From the NCBI GenBank assembly GCA_030141605.1, contig JAQGDQ010000005.1, forward strand, positions 434,001-498,000: a DNA stretch of 64,000 nucleotides, written 5' to 3'. Positions within the stretch are counted from its first letter, which is position 1, and every line of letters starts with the position of its first letter. Shown here one piece after another: positions 26,836 through 38,765 of the stretch. The translations under genes were made by a program, and so were the position numbers. This DNA comes from Tubiluchus corallicola. Its lineage: Eukaryota > Animalia > Priapulida. The notes under the pieces were generated by a model. It did not search any database. It worked only from the letters and a program-made list of their open reading frames with translations, and was not told where the DNA came from.

Positions 26836-28984
26836 TTTTTGACAAAATCCTTTTAAGTCGATTCAAACACGAAAAGTTCCTTAACAAAAACGGACAGTAA
26901 TGAGCTTTAAAGCACACATGTGGAAATGCCAATTTAAAAACACTCAAAGGAAGCATTAATCCATAAATGTTAAAACAGGTGCACAAAATTTACATTCAAC
27001 TAGTCAACAATAATCAACGTCTCTCCATATTGGTTATCGTGGCTGTTCACTTGTTTATCCTCGTTGTTTTCAAACAGCATTGAAAACTATAACTTTGCTG
27101 TACACGGTGCTCATTCCTTGTAAGCATGAGCGGTTCACTGGCTCCTTTTCAAGACGCTCCTTTGTCAAGATGAGCACAACCTAAGTGTACAAGAGCAATG
27201 AATCTTTTCTTCAGTGGTCATTATATAGTCATTGCCAGTTCTTTATACAAGTATCGATCTTCGCGCTTCTTACACATTCACTTAACTGCTATCTATTGTC
27301 TCTTAGAAGAGGTACTTAGGCAAATATATTGGTCATGTACTCCACATCGTTTAAATTTGTCATTTATGCTTTGCACAGATTAGTGAAAAGCAATTAGCGC
27401 AATAAATTCGCAACTGTAATTAAATTCAACTCTGCATATAAATATAAAATTAATGGCACAACTGAAATAAAGCTTAAAAGGATTTGAGAGTTTAGCTACT
27501 ATTGAATGCTTTGATTGAAGTTTGAGTAAAATTTTTAAGTGATTTGTTTTTGAAAATGTCAAGCTTAATTTTACTTTGTGTGGCGAAACACACATGCTTG
27601 ATGTAGATAATAAAACTTAAACTTATCATTAATTCTTTGACTTTTGCCGTTCCTTAGTGACTAAGTGTTACTATTTAATATTACTTCTTCATCAAAAATT
27701 AGTTCTTTACCAACAGATTCCAAATGAGGCAGTATTCAGCTTTCAAAATATCTGGCAATTAATTCTATTGTTTCTATTTTGTCAGTTATAATATTAAGCC
27801 CTTTTGAAGTTTCTTCTACTATTTTTTCTTTCATTTTGTTTCTGTTAACTTTCCTGTCACCTTTGAAGTCAAACTAAACCCTCAATATAATAAGCTTATA
27901 CAATCTAAAATCTTTCCCTCATTAAGAATATTTAACTTATTTTGCCATAAACTTACTGTAACACTAGTTTCTTTTGATTTTTTATCACTTCCTTGTTTCA
28001 CACATAAAATTTGAAACTCCACCATTCAACCATAATAATATGGCAAAAAACTTCAGTGTCTGTAAACATTCGTATGGAGTCTTCTTTATTTTTCTCTACG
28101 TCCTCAATGCTTTTTAACAGTCATACTTCTTCAATTTATTTAACAGTTTTCTTTAATTTTCTCATCTCATTCCATTTTACTTCTAACACTGATGAATGCG
28201 TTCGCTTTAGAATATAATCTGGTTTATTTTTGCTCAGAGGATAACTGCTCTACGTGTGGATCTTTGACTTTTTGACTTTATCGTATGTGTTAGAATTTTT
28301 TCTGATGCTTCCATGTACAACAATTCACAATGTTAACCGATTAATTGCTGTTGAACATTTTCACCAAAATTTTTTGCATATGATATAACGCTTTTCGTGT
28401 TCTATTTTATTTGTTGATGCTATACTTCCGCACAGTATATTTCTTAGGAGTCTATATCAAAAATCAGTCTATATTATATTTAAGCATAACTAATCGATGA
28501 TCTGAGAAAGTATGTGTCCCAGAGTATGAACGAAAATCATTAATGAAAATTTTGCATTCCCTTCCTACTATAATATACCCTATCAGATTTCTAATCTATT
28601 TATCTGGACTTGTCTATTAGGTGTTTCCCATGTTGTTCAGTGAGCCACTTTGGGTTGGAGAGTTGTGTTAGTTAATATCAAATTATGACATTGAGCAAAA
28701 GCTAACAGACATTCCCCAATTTCTAAACTGACATTCCCTATTCTCAAAAATCCAACACACATTCCCCAAAAGCCATTTAAGCCCGTCCCTGACTAAGCTG
28801 CAGATTAAATTTACATTGATGCCCTTTTAAAAATATTGCGAAGTGATTAAATGGAAAAGTGGTTCAGTGTATTGTATCTTGCACTTAAATTATTTGAGTG
28901 CCAGCTGTTTAGTAGAGGGGATATTCCGAAGCACGGAACACGAAAAAAAGATTTCTTGTCTTGCAATGATTGATTTTGTTGTGG

Positions 28985-29954
28985 TGTTGGGAGCCGTTTG
29001 GACCACTGCGCCAAGTAGACCAATTGGTCTACTTGGGCTAGCCTAAGTAGACCGCGGTCTACATGGGCTAGCCCAAGTAGACCGCGGTCTACTTGGGCTG
29101 CCCAAGTAGGTAGAGACAGGTCGTGAATTCAGTCGTTAAGTGTACTGACACCGTCCGTTGTGCTTGTTTATGTAATAATAATAATTAAAAACGTTAATAC
29201 ACGTTGAATAATTTATTATACATCTAATAAAATAAAAGAATTTTATTCTGAGCTGGTAGAACGGACAATATTAAATTTGGTTTCGATATTAATGTTGTTG
29301 AAGTGAAAAAACCTCACTTTTTTGCGAATTCAACATTTGTTTAAGGTATATCATTTTTGATTTTGTCTCACTTCACAAACAGGTGATCCGTTTCACTACC
29401 TCTTGGGCAAATAATTGTTTTCTTATAAGTAAACGTTCTAGCGATCTATGTGTCCTACATGGGCTAGCGAGCCATGTAGGACAGTGCCCTACATGTTACA
29501 ATACTACTGATAATATTAAAACTAATTATCCTTGCTTTTCTTAAATGTTAAAAATTACTTTTTGGTGTTGTGAAGGCTTAGCAGCATCTGTCTCATTTTT
29601 AAATTTGCAATTATTTCTGTAATAACTGTGTGCAGAATTTCTCTCTTTAAAGCATTAGATACTAGGTTTGATGTTATGATATATTAATGGAGTTAATCAT
29701 AATGATGAAATTATTGTAAGAAATGCATTTGTAAATTGCCAAGGAATATCCATTTCTAAAAGAAATTTTGTTTTATGCTTTATTATGTCATAACAATACT
29801 TATAAACAATGGTAATATAAACTGGAAACAAGTTTTGCCAGAGCAAGTTTCTCGACAAAACTCGCTAGTGTCCTACTTGGGCTGCCCATGTAGGACACTA
29901 CTTTTAGCGCATCAAGTGGTCTACTTGGCGCAGTGGTCCAAACGGCTCCCAACA
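28985..29954. mobile_element. Non-autonomous DNA transposon with TGT...ACA ends (Ginger-like)
   Basis: Perfect 38-bp TIR TGTTGGGAGCCGTTTGGACCACTGCGCCAAGTAGACCA; 4-bp TSD GTGG (28981-28984, 29955-29958); no coding capacity. Confidence 0.85.
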
Positions 29955-29964
29955 GTGGTAATCA

Positions 29965-30320
29965 TAAGCATGGCCTGTTCTATGGCTTGACGAACTGGAT
30001 TATCATCAGGTAGTCTAAACATATACCCAATCCATCTTTAACGGCGCTTTTTTATTTTTCTTGGCCAAGGTTTTTTTTACTTATTCGTACAGATTTTTAT
30101 TTTAGGTTTTCTTTGAGGATCCAAACACCCAAAATGTTTCTGTAATGTCACCTTTGAAACGCATAAAAAAAACTTGCAGGAGGACAAATGTTAATTTAGA
30201 TTTTGCACAGAAAGATTTAAACACTTCAGCACTGATTCTTAGAGATAAATGTACGTGGGGCATTACAGCGAACAATGAGTCCTGGCATAAAGAGGTGAAC
30301 AGAATCTTGTTCCTGGACGT
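29965..30320 (-). mobile_element. Decayed RTE-clade LINE, 3' ORF fragment
   Basis: Minus-strand translation KKRR*RWIGYMFRLPDDNPVRQAIE resembles the RTE C-terminal R(R)WRWIGH.LR motif; contains stops and frameshifts. Confidence 0.55.
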
Positions 30321-30369
30321 ATAATTCATTGGATGATGATGATAATGATGATCATCATGGCTATGATGG

Positions 30370-30872
30370 TGATTATGTGAGTGCTGACTCAGTGTCAAAC
30401 TGTCTTGAGATCTCAAAGAATGTCTATGAACATAGAAATGGACTAGATCAGCAAGACAAGATGGATCTAGGTCATACAAAAATTCGAAAGTAATCAGCAA
30501 TAGTCTAAAAATGATACGTTGTTTGACGGGGAACCAGTGCAACTCCATTAGAGTCGGAGTAATATGATCAAAACGTTTAGTTTTAGTAACGACTCTAGCA
30601 GCCATATTCTGAAGACGTTGCAAATAATCAACTTCATATGCTGGAATACCAATTAACAAAGAATAACAATAGTCAAGCCTTGATGAGACTGAAACATGAA
30701 GAAGTTGCTCAGTTGCAGATTTTGTCAGAAATTTACGAATCATGCCAATTTTGTAAAGATGAAAATGAACAGATTTACCAATGTTATGAATTTGAGCTTT
30801 CGTGGAACTATGACTTACTAGACACAAGCCATGTTGTCGGATGCCTTGCATGCAGTTGCTGTATTTTTTCAA
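30370..30872 (-). mobile_element. L2-clade LINE ORF2 C-terminal fragment
   Basis: FHLYKIGMIRKFLT...SRLDYCYSLLIG...LQRLQNMAARVV...FDHITPTLMELHWFPVKQRIIF is characteristic of L2/CR1-group elements. Confidence 0.88.
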
Positions 30873-31002
30873 ATTAAAACGTGTGTTTGTTATGCTTTAG
30901 CTTTTTGGATAAAATGTCTGCCATTACAAAAATTTTAGATGTAAATTTACTACATTTTTGTTTTTAAAAATTGCCTAGGTCGAAGAGATCAGTACTACAA
31001 AG

Positions 31003-34000
31003 ATGAACCAGTTTAGTAGTTTTGCAAGATATGGTGGAATAGCGTGCACTTTGGCAATACCTATAACATCTTATATGTTACCACAGTGGCTTGCGCTAGA
31101 TTACTACAGAAAGTTTTTCCAGATGTATAAAGGTGGTGAAAACATGCCTATCTCACCTAATGTACTTTTAATGGTAGAGGAGGTAAGAAATGATGTATAA
31201 ATTCTCTTTGATTTTGCGTAATTAAAAAGCTTCAACTTTCGTATCAGAACAAAGCAGCTGTGCAGGTTTTTTCACTTGATACACCTTGGCGTTTGTTCAG
31301 GCTACAGAATTTAGTGTGCAAAAGTGTTTTATTTTTTAATGAAAAAACAATGCATTATGGAGCTCATTTATTTTAGAATGTGACTGTTCTCTGGTCAATG
31401 ATCTTGAACTTCTTACTTTTTCCTTTTGGTCATTGCCTATTGATCCCATGTTACTCCAGAAAAAAACTTGATGTCCATAAGCAGCGTGTAGCATGTAGCA
31501 CTTTAGAAAGCAACTGTACAATGTGCATACACCATGATGGCCCTCCAACACTGCAGCAGTAATTGTTAAATTTGTTATACAAATATTTTTTCTGTAATAC
31601 ATCTTACAAGTTATAATGTTAGCAGTTGACTGGTATGCCGTTTTTCCTTTAAATATTTAATTAAAAATAAGGTGCATAGAGTATGTTTGGATGCAGTTCA
31701 TCACAAAATTTCTCATTGATAAAAATTCTACCAGATGTACATAAATCAAACTGAAGACATAGTTGTCAACTGCAGTATATAGGATAATAACCTTTTTTTG
31801 AGTTACTCGCAAATATCTTTGTCTCCGTAATTTGTATCTCTTAGCCTATTACCATCATTTCAGAAGCAGTAAGTAAAGACTGTGTAGCATATTCGTGTAT
31901 TATTACCATCATTTGAAGCACAGAAAACGAAGACTATATTGATTGTTTGCATATTATTGAACAAATTTATTAGCTATATAAGTCATGTTTTGCAAAAGTT
32001 TTTTATTATTCCTGTTGTTTTATGGCATGATGTGGGTGGTGTCATGTGGTGTGCTTTGGTGTTTTCAACATTGTGACATCACAATAGAGCACTACAGAAA
32101 AGTTATTGAATGACTTAAAGGAGATAATGGAAGTGCTTTCCATTCCAGAATAGTTCACAAATAGGGCTGAAAATTTGTGCAGTGTGACTAAACAAATCTA
32201 GAAAGGCGTTTTCTGTACAGAAAATATTGCATACATATAGAAATGTGTTCTAGTGAATGCTCTGAGCCAGTGAGCTCCAGGTATAGTGGGCTTTAGTCTT
32301 AATGAGCTGTAGCGTGAGGGAATGGTCCAGCTCATAGATCTTCAGGCTTGGCAAGTTCCAGTTTAACTCTTGCCAGGTGACTCCTGTGCGTAAGCCAAAT
32401 ATGCCAATTTCCCCCAATCAGACACTGCACCTCGGCTCAGGAGGCTCCACACTAAAAAGTAGAGTAAGCTACTTTCAGCTCTTTGTGTATGCTTAACAAT
32501 GCATTGCAGCGAGTGATAGCTACCAGTTTTTGCTATCACTTATTGCAGCTATAATTGCCATCAGTTTTAAGCTTCTGAAGATACAGTAAACTCCACGTAA
32601 TTCAGATGTCTCGTGGCCAAAAAATCTGTCAGAATTCCATAGTGAACCGAGTTAGGTGAAGATGCAAATTCGTGCTTGCGTGTAGATATTTATTGAAATG
32701 AGAAACTTCGTGGCCAAATGTTACTTAGTTTGCTTTAAAGTGATTAACTGTCGAGTGACACCATTTGTCTTGAATAATCTATTTAGAAAATGCCCGGCAT
32801 TAGTGGCAGTTACATACCTTCCCCACAGCAATTGAAGATGGGATCGCCTAGTTGTCATAATTAAACAATCAGCAGTGAAGTTTAACATTCGAGATTGGGC
32901 AAGGTTTACAGTTTATACACTCTCGTGCGCACATAAAAATACCTTCTGCATTTATTGAGAAAGATATTCTGTCAGGCCCTACTGATGCCGACACTGGTAG
33001 TCCGATAAATAATACTCAAATTTTTATTGAAAAGGCAGAATCTGTGAATTAAAGAGTAGAGTAAGCTACTTTCAGCTCTTTGTGTATGCTTAACAATGCA
33101 TTGCAGCGAGTGATAGCTACCAGTTTTTGCTATCACTTATTGCAGCTATAATTGCCATCAGTTTTAAGCTTCTGAAGATACAGTAAACTCCACGTAATTC
33201 AGATGTCTCGTGGCCAAAAAATCTGTCAGAATTCCATAGTGAACCGAGTTAGGTGAAGATGCAAATTCGTGCTTGCGTGTAGATATTTATTGAAATGAGA
33301 AACTTCGTGGCCAAATGTTACTTAGTTTGCTTTAAAGTGATTAACTGTCGAGTGACACCATTTGTCTTGAATAATCTATTTAGAAAATGCCCGGCATTAG
33401 TGGCAGTTACATACCTTCCCCACAGCAATTGAAGATGGGATCGCCTAGTTGTCATAATTAAACAATCAGCAGTGAAGTTTAACATTCGAGATTGGGCAAG
33501 GTTTACAGTTTATACACTCTCGTGCGCACATAAAAATACCTTCTGCATTTATTGAGAAAGATATTCTGTCAGGCCCTACTGATGCCGACACTGGTAGTCC
33601 GATAAATAATACTCAAATTTTTATTGAAAAGGCAGAATCTGTGAATTAAAGTTGTGCAAATTATTTAGGAAACAAGGCAATTTACATGTGACACATGCAT
33701 AAATAAACTTGTAGCATTTACTGATTAGTTTTCCCTTTGTTTTACACCACACTGATGGGGCAGCCGGGAATGCCCACATTCATTGTATTGACCATGTTTC
33801 TGCATGTCCGAGATAAGCGGAGTCAATACAATGGGTTTTGCATAATTTGTTCCCTAAAAAATGCTGAATTCAGCAACATATCGCACAAAAAGTTCCAAGT
33901 TTTGCGATTGCTTTATATAAAAAAATTTGTTCTATCAAATCAATCTGAGATGAACAATATTCCCAATTACACGGAACCGAATTACGCAGAGTTTATTGTA

Positions 34001-35483
34001 TTTATATGAGCAACCTAAACTACAATTTCTAAATTTGCTTAGTAGGGCACATTATTACTGTTTTGATTAAACTTTCAATATGGACAACCTGTGTGGCACC
34101 ATAAACAGCTAAAGCAAACATTAACATTTTTTTATTTGTATAAACCTACAGAAGTTTTTACAGTAACCTGTGATAAAATAACTATATTGTAACTTTATGC
34201 GCACTCATGTCTCGACAAAATATAAAGTAGCTATATTCATATAGAATCAGACACAAGTCTCATGCACAGGATGCCCCAGAAATATGTACCGTTTCAGTGA
34301 TGATCTACATATTTCGTTTGGTACGTGTTGGGCTCACATATGAACAATTTTATATAAAAATATAGGTGTTTGGTGTATTAACTATCTTTTTATGTGTACA
34401 TGTTAATTTCTTTCCTTTTTGTCATAAAATATAAAGGCTATAATGACATATTTTTAAGATTGTACAGATTTTAGCTGGGAACCTGGCCAGCCAAAATTGT
34501 TTCTAGTCGAGCCACTTGGGCCCACACCTCCTAAAGCCAGCCCTGCTCCCAAGCTTGTGAGTTCTAGTCTTTTAATTTTTCCCTGCTCGACTATGATAAA
34601 ATTAGTACCATTAAAACAGCTAAGTATTATTACAAAGCCGTTATTAGACATTTTATTATCATATTATGTGAACTATGTGCATCTGTTTTTTTTCTAGGAA
34701 GCTAAGAAATCATTAACACGGCGTCAGCAGAATAAAACAGTGTTTTTCGTGGCATTCGGGTTTGACCCTATACATAAAGGATCTCTTTCTTTTAAAACAG
34801 GTGCTATAGTTGGATTACCAGTTCACTTTGCCTATGAAAATGAAAAACAGATAGACAAAAGTAGTATTCGTGTCGGAACACGTGATGAAGTACATTGGCA
34901 TACAGATGCAGGAGAAAAATTGTTGAAGTCTCTTGTTCTTAGTCCAGAGGGAAAACGTTTTGCCATAGCACGTGAACTGGAATACATAAAATGGCATGCA
35001 CCTTTGTATAATACCCTCATAGCTGCAGCTGCTACCATTATCACATTTTCTCTATATGGCAACCTGGAAGCTACATTTCCTTTTTTTAAAAAGAAAATGT
35101 CTTCGAGACTATCTTTGCTTAGCATTTCAGCTGTAATTGGAAGTACTTTGTTTTGCTTTATGAAAGATGCTTTATCTTGGCATATAGATGAGAAAGTAGA
35201 TGAAAAATTAATTGAAAAAGGATTGCCTTATGTAGAAGGTGGGATAGAATTTTACAGTAAGTTGTTGGCTCGCAATATAGCATTGCGTGATTTGTTAGGA
35301 AAGAAAGGAGAAAAACGTTTCACAGCTTGTGGTAATGATAACAGCATAGTTCGAACTGTAAGCAAGCCTTACACAGCACGTTATGATTATATAAAAAAGT
35401 GTCTTGATAATGTTACAAAAACTTCAAAAGACCTTCATGATGTAACATTGAATGATAAAATGAAACAAACTCATGATAGCTGA
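31003..35483 (+). CDS. TMEM177: Transmembrane protein 177 (mitochondrial, COX20-associated); exons 31003-31182 and 34698-35483, about 321 aa
   Basis: GAG|GTAAGA donor and tttttctAG|GAA acceptor in phase 0. Motifs GAIVGLPVHF, SLVLSPEGKRFAIAREL, YVEGGIEFYSKLLARNIALRDLLGKKGEKRFTACGN and PYTAR parallel TMEM177. An upstream acceptor at 30978 is in frame, so a short N-terminal extension is possible. Confidence 0.92.
32458..33651 (+). repeat. Direct tandem duplication, 2 x 597 bp, apparently identical
   Basis: 32458-33054 is repeated at 33055-33651, inside the TMEM177 intron. Confidence 0.93.
33181..33998. mobile_element. Tc1/mariner-superfamily (Tigger/pogo-like) non-autonomous element
   Basis: TA|CAGTAAACTCCACGTAATTC ... 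GAATTACGCAGAGTTTATTG|TA; the left arm is duplicated at 32584-33054. Confidence 0.7.
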
Positions 35484-36430
35484 TTGTAACTAGAATTATA
35501 ATTTACTTAGTATCAGTTATTACATTGTTCTAGTGGTAAAAATAAAAGTCATGTAACAAGTTTTCTGAAATTTGAAGTGAATTGTTGCTGTTGCATGTGT
35601 TCCGAAGTAAGCACTGCTTTTCACGATACAATGTGTATTATACAGTTAAGCTAATATTTTTGTTTTACTCCACAAAGAATTATTATAGTTATCATGTTTC
35701 AAATGTTTTAAAATTTATGGCAGCACAATAATTTACAAACATTACCTAAAATGTCATGTTATGTAAGATCTAAATGTATGTATAAGTCGAATCATTAAAA
35801 TTATAATTATTAATGAACTTCAGTCATTGTCTGCTGCAGGTCATTTTTTAAATTTAGGCTCCTAAAATACTGTACTAAATTGGAAAAATGACAATCATCC
35901 AATATTAACAATTAAAGGTTAAATGACTTAAATGAGGCAAGAAATTATTAACACACATGTGAAAGACAGAGCGTTTTTTATGCAGTAGCCACTAGCCAAA
36001 TTAATTTAGTCATACTTAAACTTTACAACATACTTATTAAAAATCTTATTGTGCACTGCAACCTCTGTAGTTTAGATTGATAGGATGATCAAAGGATACT
36101 ACAAAAAACCATTTTTGTAAAACTGAATTTAGTAAATGAGATATACTCATTAATAACCAGATTTACTTCAGAATATTTTTTCCTGTTGGTTTGTTGTGAT
36201 TGTTTGCACTTTGATGGTGAAATGCGTTAAACATATATTTACTACAGATTACATTGCTTTTTTAACTGATTTATGCCACTTGATGTTACTTTTGAATTTT
36301 TTCATTGTGGCGTACTGATGTCAATGAGGTTAATGAAGACAGAATTTGCCTTCTTGGGCAAGATTTATTTTTTATTTATTTTTTGCTTTTCTGCAGTTTA
36401 ATATATGAAACTTTGTAGAAGTATAGTTAT

Positions 36431-37467
36431 CATTGGCGTACGGGTGGGGGGGGCGTACTGCCTCCCCAAATTTTCAGGTTTCAAAAGATTCAGGCAAAAT
36501 TGACACCCAAATTTGGGCAGAACTGCCCTTTATGTTTTCAGAAAATAGTCTTTTCAACTTCCTGGAATTCAAATATGGCCCGAATCTTGAGAAAGTGATA
36601 TTTATGCCATGCACCTGGATGCCCGAATCGATCTCACAGGAGGCGTCGTCCGCGCCGACTCCCGGTCCCAGACTGGGAGTTAGAGTGGTCTGGAAAAAAT
36701 TAGCATTTGCAAAATTCAAAATATTCTAATCGCTGGGTTCTCTCCAGGTCTCCGATTGTTTATAAAACTCTTATCGCTTCCTGTCTTCGGTGCTCGCACA
36801 TTGATTGTTCGCCAGTGATTATCAAATACAAATTCCCCATTATTTCATATTATTTACAAAATCCCGACTTTGTGCTTTCCGATTTCTGGTCCTTTGATAA
36901 ATAATTTGACCGACGTGAGAAAGTGGCTAGTGTCTGTGCATAGCTGCATTCTTAATTCTTGCATCTTGCGTGGTGATTGCTGATTTGACAGATTATGTAA
37001 CCAATTCGTATATCAGTCATGAAATATGGATAATTCCTCTTTACTGGTCCATTGCTGTGTCATCTCAGTCATTCAATGTTCACTGGAAGTAAACTGTTCT
37101 GTTCTGGAAGTTAGCGCCGCACTTCTGGTTCTTAGGACACTGTTTCTACCATAATCAATGATAATCTTTGAAACCTAATGATCCAGGTGCTTGTGCATAA
37201 TCAAACCAGCACAGCTTATCAAGATATCTGGTCATATAGGTCATATCATGTGTTGTGCATCACATTTCAAATTGGCTAATAAATAATGTTGATCACCTTC
37301 ATGAGCTCAGTCTTATGTCATCAAAAATGATGCGTTTTTGTATTCGCTATCTGGAACTTAGTAAGGTTGTACTTGTTGAAACGGGGGCCTAATAATCGGG
37401 TGAAATTTTAAGAATTCGGGCAAAGAATGCTCTGCCCCCCACGATTCAGGGACCCCATATGCCTATG
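36431..37467. mobile_element. Non-autonomous hAT (Tip100-like) element
   Basis: TIRs CATTGGCGTACGGG / CCCATATGCCTATG, G/C tracts near the ends, perfect 8-bp TSD ATAGTTAT (36423-36430, 37468-37475). Confidence 0.85.
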
Positions 37468-37588
37468 ATAGTTATCTATTTTTAATGATTGTAATAAGAA
37501 ACAGCACTGGTTGGAATTTAAATTAAATAGACCAGTAACTTTTAATAACTTTTTATTCTTAGTATCCCTGACAATTGATAAGATATAC

Positions 37589-37637
37589 TGATAATAATGA
37601 TGGTGTTAATGATGATGATGAGATGATGATGGTAATG

Positions 37638-37668
<31 letters not shown>

Positions 37669-37680
37669 AAAATAATAATT
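37589..37680. repeat. (GAT)n/(AAT)n/(TAT)n trinucleotide tract
   Basis: Directly visible. Confidence 0.85.
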
Positions 37681-37684
37681 CAAG

Positions 37685-37969
37685 AATAAAAAATTGCCTT
37701 TCTACAACTGGATCAAGATTTCCCAGTAGATAATGTAGTTAAGCCTTAGGCTTAGACAGATAATCATTCAAAATGATTATCTGGCATGCACTGTTTGTTT
37801 GCATACAGGTTGGTGTTGAAGAATGGCTCAATAAAAAAATTCCCTTTCTACAACTGTATCAAGATTTCCCAGTAGATAATGTAGTTAAGCCTTAAACAGA
37901 AGATTCGGTTAAAATGATTATCTGCCATGCACTGTTTGTTGCATACAGGTTGGTGTTAAAGAATGGCTC
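37685..37969 (+). repeat. Diverged tandem duplication, 2 x about 140 bp
   Basis: CCTTTCTACAACTG-ATCAAGATTTCCCAGTAGATAATGTAGTTAAGCCTTA...GCATACAGGTTGGTGTT-AAGAATGGCTC occurs twice. Confidence 0.85.
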
Positions 37970-38649
37970 GCCTGATCAATGATACTACCAATAATACTCA
38001 TAATAAAGAGAAGGCTGCTGATGAATTAAAAATTTTCGCTCAAAAAATAAAAAAATGTTGAAATCACCAAGTTATTAATGACATGTATTGAACAAACTAA
38101 GTCTGCAGTACCACTATACTAGCAACAGGCAGAATGATTTTATGCTCTGGCCCATGACAATGAAGTACAGGACAATTACGTCACTGAATAACACCCCATT
38201 TTGCTGCATTGCGAAACTCACCACGCTCCTAAAATTCCGACACTTCAAACTTTGACTGCATCCAAGTTATAATGGTTTTGCCATTTTACTTTAACCAGTA
38301 GGGTTAATATTCTTTCATAGCTCTGCTACATAGACAATGTATTATTTCTTTACTTTGGATTTGAGTATCATGCCGGTCTTTGGTTGATGTGAAGTATTCG
38401 AATAAACAGCTTGTATAACTCGATGTAATACAGTCAACTAGCTAATGATAAATGGGTCTATAATTAATTTTTCTATTATATTTGCAGGGTGAACTGGATT
38501 AAACAATTAGGCTTCATATATTTTGCAAGCACCTTCTTTTCATTGTTGTACTGGTTCATGACTGAAATGGCAAGTCTGGACAACTAAGCTGACAAGTTGT
38601 GTTGTAACTGATAAAACCATATCAACAACTAGCTTAGGGCAAGAAGAGT

Positions 38650-38765
38650 TTTGCGGGTTTGGCAGCTTGGTGGGTTTGGCAGCATGGCAAGTTTGGCAGC
38701 ATGTCGAGTTTAGCAACGTGACGGATTTGGCAGGGTGGCATGTTGGTAAAGTGCATGGGCATGCT
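38650..38765 (+). repeat. Degenerate ~20-bp minisatellite (GGGTTTGGCAGC...), probably a transposon subterminal array
   Basis: TTTGGCAGC/TTTAGCAAC recurs at 20-bp spacing. Confidence 0.55.

Noticed and set aside
29010-29110. CRISPR-like or REP-like array
   Set aside because: No unique spacers, eukaryotic context, and the units derive from the enclosing transposon TIR.
30102-30872. 256-aa ORF with a His-rich stretch as a host gene
   Set aside because: It is a chance in-frame chain of an L2 ORF2 fragment, a (CAT)n microsatellite and an RTE remnant.
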